A model generated the notes under the pieces. It was given only the letters and a program-made list of their open reading frames with translations. It had not been told where the DNA came from and made no database searches. A stretch of DNA of 25,203 bases from a bacterium (GTDB taxonomy: Bacteria > Patescibacteriota > Gracilibacteria > JAUYGZ01): positions 1 to 25,203 of the forward strand of contig JAUYKR010000108.1 of NCBI GenBank assembly GCA_030699855.1. The letters are read 5' to 3'. The first letter of the stretch is position 1; every line of letters starts with the position of its first letter. Made by a program: the position numbers and the translations under genes. Below, piece by piece: positions 6,508 to 14,630 of this stretch.

Positions 6508-8091
6508 CTAGTTGTCCCCTAAAATGTCTTTGGCGACGGCCAAAGCTGCCTCCTTTAGCTGTTCGGCCGTAGGGGCAGCGATGCCGTGTAATTTTGCCGT
6601 TAAGGCCTTGCCAAGTGCTTGAGTACTAATTTTTTTTGAATCGAGAGTCACACCAGCTTCTTGTGCTACCTTTAGAGTGTCTCTCAACACACTTGCACAT
6701 TTTGATCTATTCGTCCCAAAATTGGCATCTGTGATAGCATCAAGAGCGACGGTCTTAGCTTTCTCCAGATTATTAGTGCCATCTTGTGGAGGTGTCGCCG
6801 CCTCCGCGGCAGCGGCTCTTTTGGCATCCGCAGCGGCCTCTCTGAGTTCGCGTAAACGGTTGCGAAACTGACTCTGGCTTTCTCCTGGGCGTTTTCCTTG
6901 CTGGATAGCCTGCTGGAGAGCTTGTTCAGCTTGGGTCACAACGGGCTGGCCGTCGGAAGCAGGCTCAGGAGCTGGTTGAGGTTCAGCCGGTTGCTGAGCG
7001 GGAGGAGCAGGCTCAGGTTCAGCCACGGATTCTGGAGCAACCGAAGCAGCGCCTTCTTCTGCAGGCGCCTCCTCGTCACCGGCGGGAGGTGGAGCCTGCA
7101 CGCCGGTAGCTGAAGTGACCGGTACAGAAGAGGCAGAATTTGCATCAACAGCGGCAGCACCTTCAGAAGCTCCCTCCGCCGGAGCGTCTGCCGCAGATGG
7201 AGTATCGCCAGTCGGCCCTTCGGGCCAGAAGTGGTTGTAAGCAGAATTACCACCTACCGGCAGCCCGGAAAGCGTTAGGAGAATAACAACCTTCTGTATC
7301 CATGGGTTATTGTTGAATATCCACGGATACCTTCCTATAAATTTGATGAGCGCCATTAATGTACCTGCTTTTTTTTCCACCTCCAACAGCGGCCTCTTGA
7401 ACTCAATTCCCACGCTTGTGAGCTTGTCCAAAGTAAGGTCTCGCAACATGCCCACGGAGACTTCGTCACCGGCTGTTTTCGTCAAGATAAGACCTAGTTC
7501 CTTAGCATGTACTCGAAGCGGATTCTTGCCAATATGGGCGCCAATTCTGCCCCTGATCCCTGGCGAGGTAATACCGAGGGCTCGGGAAACTTCGGCATAG
7601 GGGATTTTTGTGGCGCCGCGATGCTCTTCCAGCAAGGCGGTTAATCTGTCATTAAAATTTTTTTCTGCCTCTTTTTTGATCCTCGCTACTTCATCAGGTT
7701 CTAAAGCACCATCGGAGGAACGTGGGGATGCGTCCGAAGCTGGAGCTGAAGACACGACTGGAGAAGCTGGAATGGGTGGGCGTGGCAGACTATCGCCTGA
7801 GTCTGAATTCCACAGGCTGAGTTCATCATCATCTAATTCGAAATCAGGCACCTCGTCGTCAAAATTTATAATCCCATCATCAGCTTCTACCAGCCTTGGC
7901 TCATCAGCCAGCCGTCGTACGTCATCGGCATTGAACTTCATGGACAATCCATCGCGAAAACCGCGCAATTCACCCTGGGAAACCAGTTTTTTCAGTTCCT
8001 CTTCGTCGATTCGGAGCTCACTCAAAACATCTTCAAAGCTCATATATTCCGGAGGTCTGGAACCTGGCGCTGAAGAAGGGCCGGATGACAT
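6508..8091 (-). CDS. Hypothetical protein: excisionase/MerR-like HTH, acidic linker, second HTH-like segment, probable TM, Pro/Ala/Glu-rich linker, novel C-terminal helical domain
   Basis: YMSFEDVLSELRIDEEELKKLVSQGELRGFRDGLSMKFNADDVRRL (HTH_17-like); IPYAEVSRALGITSPGIRGRI; hydrophobic WIQKVVILLTLSGLPVG; C-terminal domain aligns with that of 8164-9669. Confidence 0.75.
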   Translation of the reverse strand: MSSGPSSAPGSRPPEYMSFEDVLSELRIDEEELKKLVSQGELRGFRDGLSMKFNADDVRRLADEPRLVEADDGIINFDDEVPDFELDDDELSLWNSDSGDSLPRPPIPASPVVSSAPASDASPRSSDGALEPDEVARIKKEAEKNFNDRLTALLEEHRGATKIPYAEVSRALGITSPGIRGRIGAHIGKNPLRVHAKELGLILTKTAGDEVSVGMLRDLTLDKLTSVGIEFKRPLLEVEKKAGTLMALIKFIGRYPWIFNNNPWIQKVVILLTLSGLPVGGNSAYNHFWPEGPTGDTPSAADAPAEGASEGAAAVDANSASSVPVTSATGVQAPPPAGDEEAPAEEGAASVAPESVAEPEPAPPAQQPAEPQPAPEPASDGQPVVTQAEQALQQAIQQGKRPGESQSQFRNRLRELREAAADAKRAAAAEAATPPQDGTNNLEKAKTVALDAITDANFGTNRSKCASVLRDTLKVAQEAGVTLDSKKISTQALGKALTAKLHGIAAPTAEQLKEAALAVAKDILGDN

Positions 8092-8127
8092 ATTTATAAA
8101 GAAATGAGGTATTTATCCTTTCTTGAA

Positions 8128-8156
8128 ATTATACCATATTCTTATTCGCTTTTCAA
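8128..8156 (-). promoter_or_regulatory. sigma70-type promoter for 6508-8091
   Basis: Minus strand TTGAAA-17 nt-TATAAT with an extended -10 (TGG TATAAT), 36 nt upstream of ATG 8091. Confidence 0.8.
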
Positions 8157-8163
8157 ATCCCGA

Positions 8164-9669
8164 TTAGGGGATTTGGAAGTAGAGCTTGAGGGTATCGATC
8201 GTCCCGCCAAGCACTCGCCTGACCAGGCATTGTACGGCTACCACTATTCCTTCTTCGCTCGCTTTTTCATCCTCCGGCAAGCCCTCAATTTCTTCGCCCA
8301 ATAGTGCTCCCAGCTTGGCGGTGGTCAGGGCGCTACCGTCTACTTTCAGCTTACCCTCGTTTCTGGCGGTCAGAAAGACTCCGCGCAGAGCCTGGAGAAG
8401 CTGGTAGCGGTTTCCGAAGTTTTGCCTGGCCGCGTCTTCGGCAGAGCTGAAGGCGGTGGATAGCGCATCGAACCTTTCAGCTAGAACTTGATATTTCTCA
8501 ACATCAAGATCCTCTTTCAACTGCAGTGGTCCTCCAAGAAAACCTGAGCCCAACAATCCGCCCAGTTTGAGGCTTGCCACCATCCTGGCCGTCACTCGCT
8601 CATCTTCCGGATCAACCGTTGTCGCTCCCGTATCCGTGCCCGGCACATCAAGCGCTGGCTCAGGCTGAGGTTCTGGTGTCGGTGTTGGTACCGGCTCAGG
8701 CTGAGGTTCAGGTTCTGGAGTTGGCTCTGGTTCAGGTGTTGGTTCAGGTTCGGAAGTTGGTTCAGGCTCAATTGGTAATGGACCAAAGACCGCATCATCT
8801 TCTGGCTCAGGCCCAACAGCCCCGACTGGACCAACAGGAGGATCTGTCAGCGTCAATCCGCTGGTATCAACAGCCGCGGCTGTCCCCTCGCCTGGCTCAC
8901 CGCCCACATCGGCATCATCTTCAGATAGCTCAGCCGGATTGATCCCGGCCAGGAGCTGCGCTGCCGTTCTTTGGGTAGCCATTGTCTCGATAAGGCGCAA
9001 TGTTCGTTCATCCTCCGCTTGTCTGCCCGAAGCTATGGCAGATAGATACACCAGCATGGCAATGGCGGCGACAGTCAAAATGGGAGTAACAACCTGCAAC
9101 CTCCTTTCCAGGCTCCCACGCTTTCGATTGCTTGCGGCAAGTTGCTGAACAAACTCTACCGGAACCCGCTGGCCCAGCTCGCGGAAGCGCTGGGGAATGA
9201 TCTGTTCGGCTGCGGCGACTACTGAAGACGCTTTGATGACTCCGGCATCTCGAATGAGCAAGCCCCCGTCCACCAAAGGTTGAATGGCCTGATCTGGTTT
9301 ACCCATTTCATATGGGATAGCAAGATCATCCAATATGACTTGATTTGACATGGGTTCATCGCTGCCTGCAGCTCTGGCATAGTCACCTATGCTCAAGATA
9401 CTCTTTACCTGGCTCAAAAGACTATTTCGGGTAATAGTGTCGGGATCGTCTGCCTGATCAAGATTCAAACCTCCGCCATACTCTTGTTCGAGCAGTCCCA
9501 ACACCTGAACATCGCTTATTCCCAGCATTTCGGCTGCCTCATCCACAGTTAATAGCCCATCTTCGCCCATTTGTTCCAAACGAGCCTTAACATCCCTGTA
9601 GTGGGCCGCGTCAAGGTTTCCCGCGCCTTCCGGAGCCTTACCTGTAAGTTCATCAATTTCGAAAGCCAT
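8164..9669 (-). CDS. Hypothetical protein: HTH_17-like motif, TM helix, PEPEPT-rich linker, novel C-terminal domain (paralog of 6508-8091)
   Basis: LLTVDEAAEMLGIS; TM VVTPILTVAAIAMLVYLSAIASG; (PE/PT/PQ)n linker; NFGNR...LR...LG..L..G C-terminal motif shared with the neighbouring gene. Confidence 0.75.
   Translation of the reverse strand: MAFEIDELTGKAPEGAGNLDAAHYRDVKARLEQMGEDGLLTVDEAAEMLGISDVQVLGLLEQEYGGGLNLDQADDPDTITRNSLLSQVKSILSIGDYARAAGSDEPMSNQVILDDLAIPYEMGKPDQAIQPLVDGGLLIRDAGVIKASSVVAAAEQIIPQRFRELGQRVPVEFVQQLAASNRKRGSLERRLQVVTPILTVAAIAMLVYLSAIASGRQAEDERTLRLIETMATQRTAAQLLAGINPAELSEDDADVGGEPGEGTAAAVDTSGLTLTDPPVGPVGAVGPEPEDDAVFGPLPIEPEPTSEPEPTPEPEPTPEPEPQPEPVPTPTPEPQPEPALDVPGTDTGATTVDPEDERVTARMVASLKLGGLLGSGFLGGPLQLKEDLDVEKYQVLAERFDALSTAFSSAEDAARQNFGNRYQLLQALRGVFLTARNEGKLKVDGSALTTAKLGALLGEEIEGLPEDEKASEEGIVVAVQCLVRRVLGGTIDTLKLYFQIP
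8656..8770 (-). repeat. Degenerate coding tandem repeat encoding PEPEPT/PEPQPEP
   Basis: Repeated GGCTCAGG/GGTTCAGG/GGTTCTGG units on the plus strand; GGCTCAGGCTGAGGTTC occurs twice. Confidence 0.8.
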
Positions 9670-9699
9670 AAAATCAGCATGGTTAAAAACTTGGTATAG

Positions 9700-9728
9700 T
9701 TATTACCAGCAAATTATTTATCTGTCAA
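9700..9728 (-). promoter_or_regulatory. Possible sigma70-type promoter for 8164-9669
   Basis: Minus strand TTGACA-17 nt-TAATAA with TG upstream of the -10. The -35 is perfect and the -10 is weak. Confidence 0.5.
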
Positions 9729-9749
9729 GGAAAAGTTCGATTGGAAGGG

Positions 9750-12197
9750 CTAAACCTTCTCTTTTCTTTTGGGCTTAGAACACACCGGGCACACCAACTC
9801 CCCTTCTGCCTGCCCCTTTTTGGGCTTCTTTTGCACCATCAGCTGCTTGGGGCCGCAAACCGGGCAGGTCTTACCGGCAACGGGCAGATCCCAAAAGGCG
9901 GATTTACAATCCGGATATTTATTGCAGCCGTAGAAGATTTTGCCACGGCGGGTCTTTTTTTCGACGATCTCACCCCCCTCACAAGCGACACAGGACACGC
10001 CGATGAGCTTCTCATTCTTCTGAATATACTTGCATTTGGGGTAGCCGCTGCAGCCGACGAATTTGCCGAAGCGCCCCTGGCGGTGGATTAAATCTTCGCC
10101 GCAGTCCGGACATTTTTCGCCGGTTGGAGTGGGCTTGACGATTTCTCCGGGCGTTCCGTCCGGGTTAATCGGCCTGGCAGCCTTGCAAGCGGGAAATCCC
10201 GTGCAGGACAGGAATTTGCCAAAACGACCGAGCTTGATTTCCATCGGCTTACCGCAGTCCTCGCAGACCACGTCGGTTTTTTGAGTGATGACCTCATCGC
10301 GCTTGATCGACTCCTTTTTTTCTTCCAAAACCTGCTGAAAAGGGCTGAAGAACGAGCGGATCATATCCACCCAATCCACCTTGCCCTCGGCGACCTCGTC
10401 GAGCTGATCTTCGACCCGGGCGGTAAAGTCATAGCTGAGGATGTCGTGAAAGTGACGCACCAAAAAGTCGTTGACGACCATGCCGACATCGGTGGGATGC
10501 AGGCGCTTGTCTTCCTTCTTTTCCACGTAGTTGCGAACCTGAATAGTGTTGATGGTGGGCGCGTAGGTGGAAGGACGGCCGATACCGAGAGATTCCAGCT
10601 TTTTGACCAAGCTGGCTTCCGTATAGCGGGCCGGCGGCTTGGTAAAGTGCTGGGAGGGAATCAGGCCGGGAATTTTCGGTTCGATGGCGTAAGCCGCCTG
10701 AAGCTGTTCGAGTTTTTTCTGCTGGGCGCCGCTCAGATTCATCTCATCGCCCATTTCGTATTCTTCCCGCTCAGCCTTGGCGGCCTGACTCAGGACAGTC
10801 GTTTCCGTCGGTTGTTCTTGGAGGATGTTAGCCATATGTAGCAACTGCCCCTTCTCGAGCGCCGGTAAGATTCGCTCCTTGCTGGCCGACTCATACACCT
10901 TCATGTAGCCGGGAAAGACAATCACCTGCCCTTCGGCAGTGAATTGATGAGGCCCTGCGGAAATGGTGACGGTAGTTTTTTTCAGTTGGGCGGGGGCCAT
11001 CTGACTGGCGATGGTTCGCTTCCAGATCAGGCTGTAAAGCCGGAGCTGCTGGTCATCCAGGTACTGCTCGGCATCCTTTGGTCGAAGGGAAAGATCGGTG
11101 GGGCGAATGGCCTCGTGGGCCTCTTGAGCATTTTTTGATTTCCCTTTGAAGATGCGCGGACTGTCCAGAGCGTACGTTTTTCCGTACTCCTTGGTGATCA
11201 CGTCACGAGCCTTAGCCAGGGCTTGGTCGGAAAGCGTGACCGAATCGGTACGCATATAGGTGATAAAACCGCCATCGAAGCCTTTCTTTTTGACGTTGCC
11301 CTCATAGAGACGCTGAGCGACCATCATGGTTTGTTTGACCCCGAAGCCGAGCTTGGTGGAAGCTTCCTGCTGAAGCGTAGAGGTGGTAAAAGGTGCGGAG
11401 GGAGAAGAACTGGTATCTTTTTGTTCAATGTCGGTTATGCGATGTTCCTGCCCTTTGAGGCCATCGAGGATTTTTGACATTTCCTGGGCGGATCCGACTT
11501 TAGATTTTTTGTGATCCAGCTTGTCGCCGTTGACGGCAGACAACTCTGCTTCGAACTGAGGGTCGGCGTAAACACTGGTGAGCTTCCAAAACTCGTCAGC
11601 GCCGAAGGCCTGAATTTCCCGCTCACGCTCGACCACGATGCGAACCGCCACCGACTGCACCCGCCCCGCCGACAGGCCGTAGCGGATTTTCGTCCACAGA
11701 AGCGGCGACAGTTTGTAGCCGACCAGACGATCGAGAATACGGCGAGCCTGCTGAGCGTCAAACAGGCGCACGTCTACCACCCGGGGGTGTTCCATGGCCT
11801 CGAGAATGGCCTTCTTGGTAATTTCATGAAAGACGATCCGCTTGGTCGTCTTGGGATCCAGTTTGAGGATGTGAGCCAGGTGGTAACCGATCGCCTCTCC
11901 CTCTCGGTCTTCGTCAGTCGCGATCCACACCTGGGGTCCGTTTTTCATTTCTGCTTTCAAGTCCTGCACCACTTTCCGTTTGCCATCTTTGATGACGTAA
12001 AGCGGAGCGAAGTCGTGATCGACATCAATGGCCAGGCTGGCGTAGGACAGTTTTTGCTGAGACGGAGACAGCTCGGTTTTTTTATCGGGCAGATCGCGAA
12101 TATGACCCATCGAGGCCTTGACGGTGTAGCCCTTGCCCAAAAACTTTTGGATCAGCTTGGCCTTGGCCGGTGATTCGACGATGACGAGGTTGGACAT
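9750..12197 (-). CDS. topA: DNA topoisomerase I (type IA) with C-terminal zinc ribbons
   Basis: Start reassigned to MSNLVIVESPAKAK. Motifs ATDEDREGEAI, SAGRVQS, ITYMRTDS, AQEAHEAIRPT, GIGRPSTY, and repeated CxxC zinc-ribbon units. Confidence 0.97.
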   Translation of the reverse strand: MSNLVIVESPAKAKLIQKFLGKGYTVKASMGHIRDLPDKKTELSPSQQKLSYASLAIDVDHDFAPLYVIKDGKRKVVQDLKAEMKNGPQVWIATDEDREGEAIGYHLAHILKLDPKTTKRIVFHEITKKAILEAMEHPRVVDVRLFDAQQARRILDRLVGYKLSPLLWTKIRYGLSAGRVQSVAVRIVVEREREIQAFGADEFWKLTSVYADPQFEAELSAVNGDKLDHKKSKVGSAQEMSKILDGLKGQEHRITDIEQKDTSSSPSAPFTTSTLQQEASTKLGFGVKQTMMVAQRLYEGNVKKKGFDGGFITYMRTDSVTLSDQALAKARDVITKEYGKTYALDSPRIFKGKSKNAQEAHEAIRPTDLSLRPKDAEQYLDDQQLRLYSLIWKRTIASQMAPAQLKKTTVTISAGPHQFTAEGQVIVFPGYMKVYESASKERILPALEKGQLLHMANILQEQPTETTVLSQAAKAEREEYEMGDEMNLSGAQQKKLEQLQAAYAIEPKIPGLIPSQHFTKPPARYTEASLVKKLESLGIGRPSTYAPTINTIQVRNYVEKKEDKRLHPTDVGMVVNDFLVRHFHDILSYDFTARVEDQLDEVAEGKVDWVDMIRSFFSPFQQVLEEKKESIKRDEVITQKTDVVCEDCGKPMEIKLGRFGKFLSCTGFPACKAARPINPDGTPGEIVKPTPTGEKCPDCGEDLIHRQGRFGKFVGCSGYPKCKYIQKNEKLIGVSCVACEGGEIVEKKTRRGKIFYGCNKYPDCKSAFWDLPVAGKTCPVCGPKQLMVQKKPKKGQAEGELVCPVCSKPKRKEKV

Positions 12198-12215
12198 GGA
12201 AAGGGTATTTATTGC

Positions 12216-12345
12216 CAGCATCACTCCCTTTTCTTTTCTTGCTGCGGACTGCCCGGTTGTAGGTCTCGTTTATTTTCCCGTTTGCTGGCGTCTCCCTGCC
12301 TGCCGGCAGGCAGGCTCGCTGCGAAAATAAAAGGGAGTGAGGCTG
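12216..12345 (+). repeat. Copy 4 of the arm-DR-cargo-DR-arm intergenic element (130 bp), in the predicted topA leader
   Basis: 23-bp inverted repeat with 21/23 matches (12216-12238 / 12323-12345) enclosing TTGCTGC-GGACTGCC...GGCAGGC-TCGCTGC. Both 7-mers are identical to those of copy 3. Confidence 0.85.
12295..12314. repeat. 20-bp perfect palindrome CCTGCCTGCCGGCAGGCAGG
   Basis: Self-complementary; a motif I recall as a common intergenic palindrome in CPR genomes. Here it is nested at the right end of element copy 4. Confidence 0.8.
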
Positions 12346-12378
12346 TCTGCAGTTGCAAATTCTTTTCCTTTTCAGATC

Positions 12379-12407
12379 AGTATAGCGGATTCAGGAAAAA
12401 CATACAA
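12379..12407 (-). promoter_or_regulatory. sigma70-type promoter for topA
   Basis: Minus strand TTGTAT-17 nt-TATACT, implying a leader of about 175 nt that contains element copy 4. Confidence 0.6.
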
Positions 12408-12462
12408 GGCGGAGCCTATAATATAAGATACGATGGTGACAAGAATTTTGTCCTTGCGCAGT

Positions 12463-12762
12463 CTAGAGAAGCGATTCGTAGCCTAAATTCAGGTAGAGCA
12501 ATAATCCGGTCCAGACAAGCGCCAAAATCCAGAACAGCAGTGACAGGCCCGGAAATCCGAAACGGTCTTTAATCTGCTCCTGGATGGCCGCCAGGGCGTA
12601 CATGCCGGCGCAGAAGAAAAAGGGCATGTCGAAGGTGGTATAGATCAGGTTGAGCGTTTCCGACTTGGAACCTCCCTGGGTGATCAGAAAATCGGCGGTG
12701 AGGTAAAAGGCTCCAAAGCCGATAAAAAAGAGGAAGGCGATATTTTTGAAAGGGCGATTCAT
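12463..12762 (-). CDS. Small membrane protein with three TM helices, function unknown
   Basis: 99 aa ORF with three hydrophobic segments and an ATG start, divergent from gatC. Confidence 0.7.
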   Translation of the reverse strand: MNRPFKNIAFLFFIGFGAFYLTADFLITQGGSKSETLNLIYTTFDMPFFFCAGMYALAAIQEQIKDRFGFPGLSLLFWILALVWTGLLLYLNLGYESLL

Positions 12763-12767
12763 TGGGT

Positions 12768-12866
12768 CTACGAATTACGGATAGTTACGAATATACAAAT
12801 AGAACATATCATTAATATCCTCCTGTAAATATCATTCGTATATTCGTTCGCATTCGTAATTCGTAG
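12768..12866. repeat. Imperfect inverted repeat built from ACGAAT/TACGAAT units
   Basis: CTACGAATTACG (12768-12779) pairs perfectly with 12855-12866, and ACGAATATAC (12787-12796) pairs perfectly with 12838-12847. Confidence 0.8.
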
Positions 12867-12870
12867 GAAG

Positions 12871-12899
12871 TTGGACTCTGAACACTTCCAAGATATACT
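12871..12899 (+). promoter_or_regulatory. sigma70-type promoter for the gatC-gatA-ATPase-radA operon
   Basis: TTGGAC-17 nt-TATACT, 24 nt upstream of ATG 12924. Confidence 0.65.
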
Positions 12900-12923
12900 T
12901 TGAACGCTCGTAATCCAACTGAA

Positions 12924-13211
12924 ATGGCTTTGACAAAGGATCAGGTTCGCCATGTGGCAAAACTCGCGCGCCTGAATCTGAGCGAAGAGGAAGTGGAAAA
13001 ATTCACTCCCCAATTGGCTTCGATCTTTCAGCATCTGGACAAGTTGGCGGAAGTCGATACCAAGGACGTTCCGGAAACGGCTCAGGTCAGCGGCCTGGAA
13101 ACAGTGACCCGTGCCGACACGGTGAAGAAAGGTCTTGATCGGGAAGATTTTTTGAAGACTTCTCAGCGGGAAAGCAGCCGAGGAATGATCAAGGTTCGCA
13201 AAAGTATTTAA
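12924..13211 (+). CDS. gatC: Asp-tRNA(Asn)/Glu-tRNA(Gln) amidotransferase subunit C
   Basis: Start reassigned to MALTKDQVRHVAKLARL; motifs L..I..HLDKLAEVDT.DV and TRAD.V; directly upstream of gatA. Confidence 0.95.
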   Translation: MALTKDQVRHVAKLARLNLSEEEVEKFTPQLASIFQHLDKLAEVDTKDVPETAQVSGLETVTRADTVKKGLDREDFLKTSQRESSRGMIKVRKSI

Positions 13212-13214
13212 AAT

Positions 13215-14630
13215 ATGCACAAACCGCTCAAAAAATTATCGGAAGAACTTCGCTCCGGAACGATCAGTTCGGTGGAACTGACCAAGTACTATTTAGAGGA
13301 GATCAACAAACGCAATGGCGAGTTGAATGCCTTCGTCAACTTCGGCAAAGAGACTGAAAAAAACGCCCTGGAGATGGCCAAACACGCCGACTCCATCATC
13401 AAAAACGGCGAAGGGAATGAGTTGACTGGTATTCCGCTGGGCCTGAAAGATGTGTTTTGTGAGAAAGGGATGGAGACCACCGCCTGCTCGAATATTCTGA
13501 AAGGATTTAAGCCGCCGTATGAAGGGACGATCGTCGCGCGCCTCCGAAAGATGGGGGCGGTGTTCATCGGCCACACCAATACCGACGAATTTACGATGGG
13601 AGCTTCCACGGAAACCTCCTGCTATGGGACAACTCATAATCCCCACGACCTGAAGCGGACTTCCGGAGGATCCTCGGGAGGGTCGGCCGCCGGCGTAGCC
13701 GCCGGCCTGTGTGCCTGGGCGTTGGGCACGGACACGGGCGGAAGCATCCGCCAGCCCGCCGCCTATTGCGGCGTCACGGGTTTGAAGGTGACCTACGGAA
13801 GAACATCCAGATACGGCGTGATGTCGATGGCCAGCTCGCTGGACACCATCGGCTGTCTGACACAAACACCGGAGGACGCGGCCATCGTCCTCAAACACAT
13901 TGCCGGCCACGACGAGATGGACGGAACCACTCCTAAAGTGGACGTGCCCGACTACTCCACCCTGCTGGGAACGAAAGACTTGAAAGGGATAAGAATAGGC
14001 CTGCCAAAAGAATATCTGGGGATGGGTTTGAAGGACGGAGTACGAAAAAACTTTGAGCACTCAATTGAACAAGCTCGTCAAATGGGAGCGGAAATCAAAG
14101 AGATTTCGCTCCCGATGACGGAGCACGGTCTGGCGGTGTACTACATCATCTGTCCATCTGAGGTCAGCGCCAATATGGCGCGCTACGACGGCCTGCGCTT
14201 TGGGCCCACCAGCGATGCTAAGAATCTGGTAGAGTCGTATTTTGAGGCGCGAACCAAAGGCTTTGGAGATGAGGTCAAGCGCCGAATCATGATCGGAACC
14301 TATGCCTTGAGCGCCGGATACTACGATGCCTATTATCGCAAAGCCCAGAGAGTTCGCACTCTGACCTTGAGGGAATTTGACCAGGCCTTCAAGGAATTTG
14401 ACGTGCTCCTGACCCCCACCACTCCGCACGTGGCTTTTGAGTGTGGATCGCTATCCGATCCGGTCCAAATGTATTTGGAGGATGTCATGACCCTTCCCGC
14501 CAGTATCGCCGGTATTCCCGCCATCTCTGTTCCCAACGGGAAGATTGACGGCATGCCCACTGGCCTCCAGATCATGGGCCCCCATTTTGGAGAAGGTCAG
14601 ATACTAAAAGTCGCACAAGCGCTCTCATGA
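13215..14630 (+). CDS. gatA: Asp-tRNA(Asn)/Glu-tRNA(Gln) amidotransferase subunit A
   Basis: Amidase signature GGSSGGSAAGV...GTDTGGSIRQPA; LKDVF; EVKRRIMIGTYALSAGYYDAYY. Confidence 0.98.
   Translation: MHKPLKKLSEELRSGTISSVELTKYYLEEINKRNGELNAFVNFGKETEKNALEMAKHADSIIKNGEGNELTGIPLGLKDVFCEKGMETTACSNILKGFKPPYEGTIVARLRKMGAVFIGHTNTDEFTMGASTETSCYGTTHNPHDLKRTSGGSSGGSAAGVAAGLCAWALGTDTGGSIRQPAAYCGVTGLKVTYGRTSRYGVMSMASSLDTIGCLTQTPEDAAIVLKHIAGHDEMDGTTPKVDVPDYSTLLGTKDLKGIRIGLPKEYLGMGLKDGVRKNFEHSIEQARQMGAEIKEISLPMTEHGLAVYYIICPSEVSANMARYDGLRFGPTSDAKNLVESYFEARTKGFGDEVKRRIMIGTYALSAGYYDAYYRKAQRVRTLTLREFDQAFKEFDVLLTPTTPHVAFECGSLSDPVQMYLEDVMTLPASIAGIPAISVPNGKIDGMPTGLQIMGPHFGEGQILKVAQALS

Noticed and set aside
12924-14630. 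gatC-gatA without gatB, and gyrA without gyrB
   Set aside because: Split operons are ordinary in reduced genomes, and the partners are probably elsewhere.
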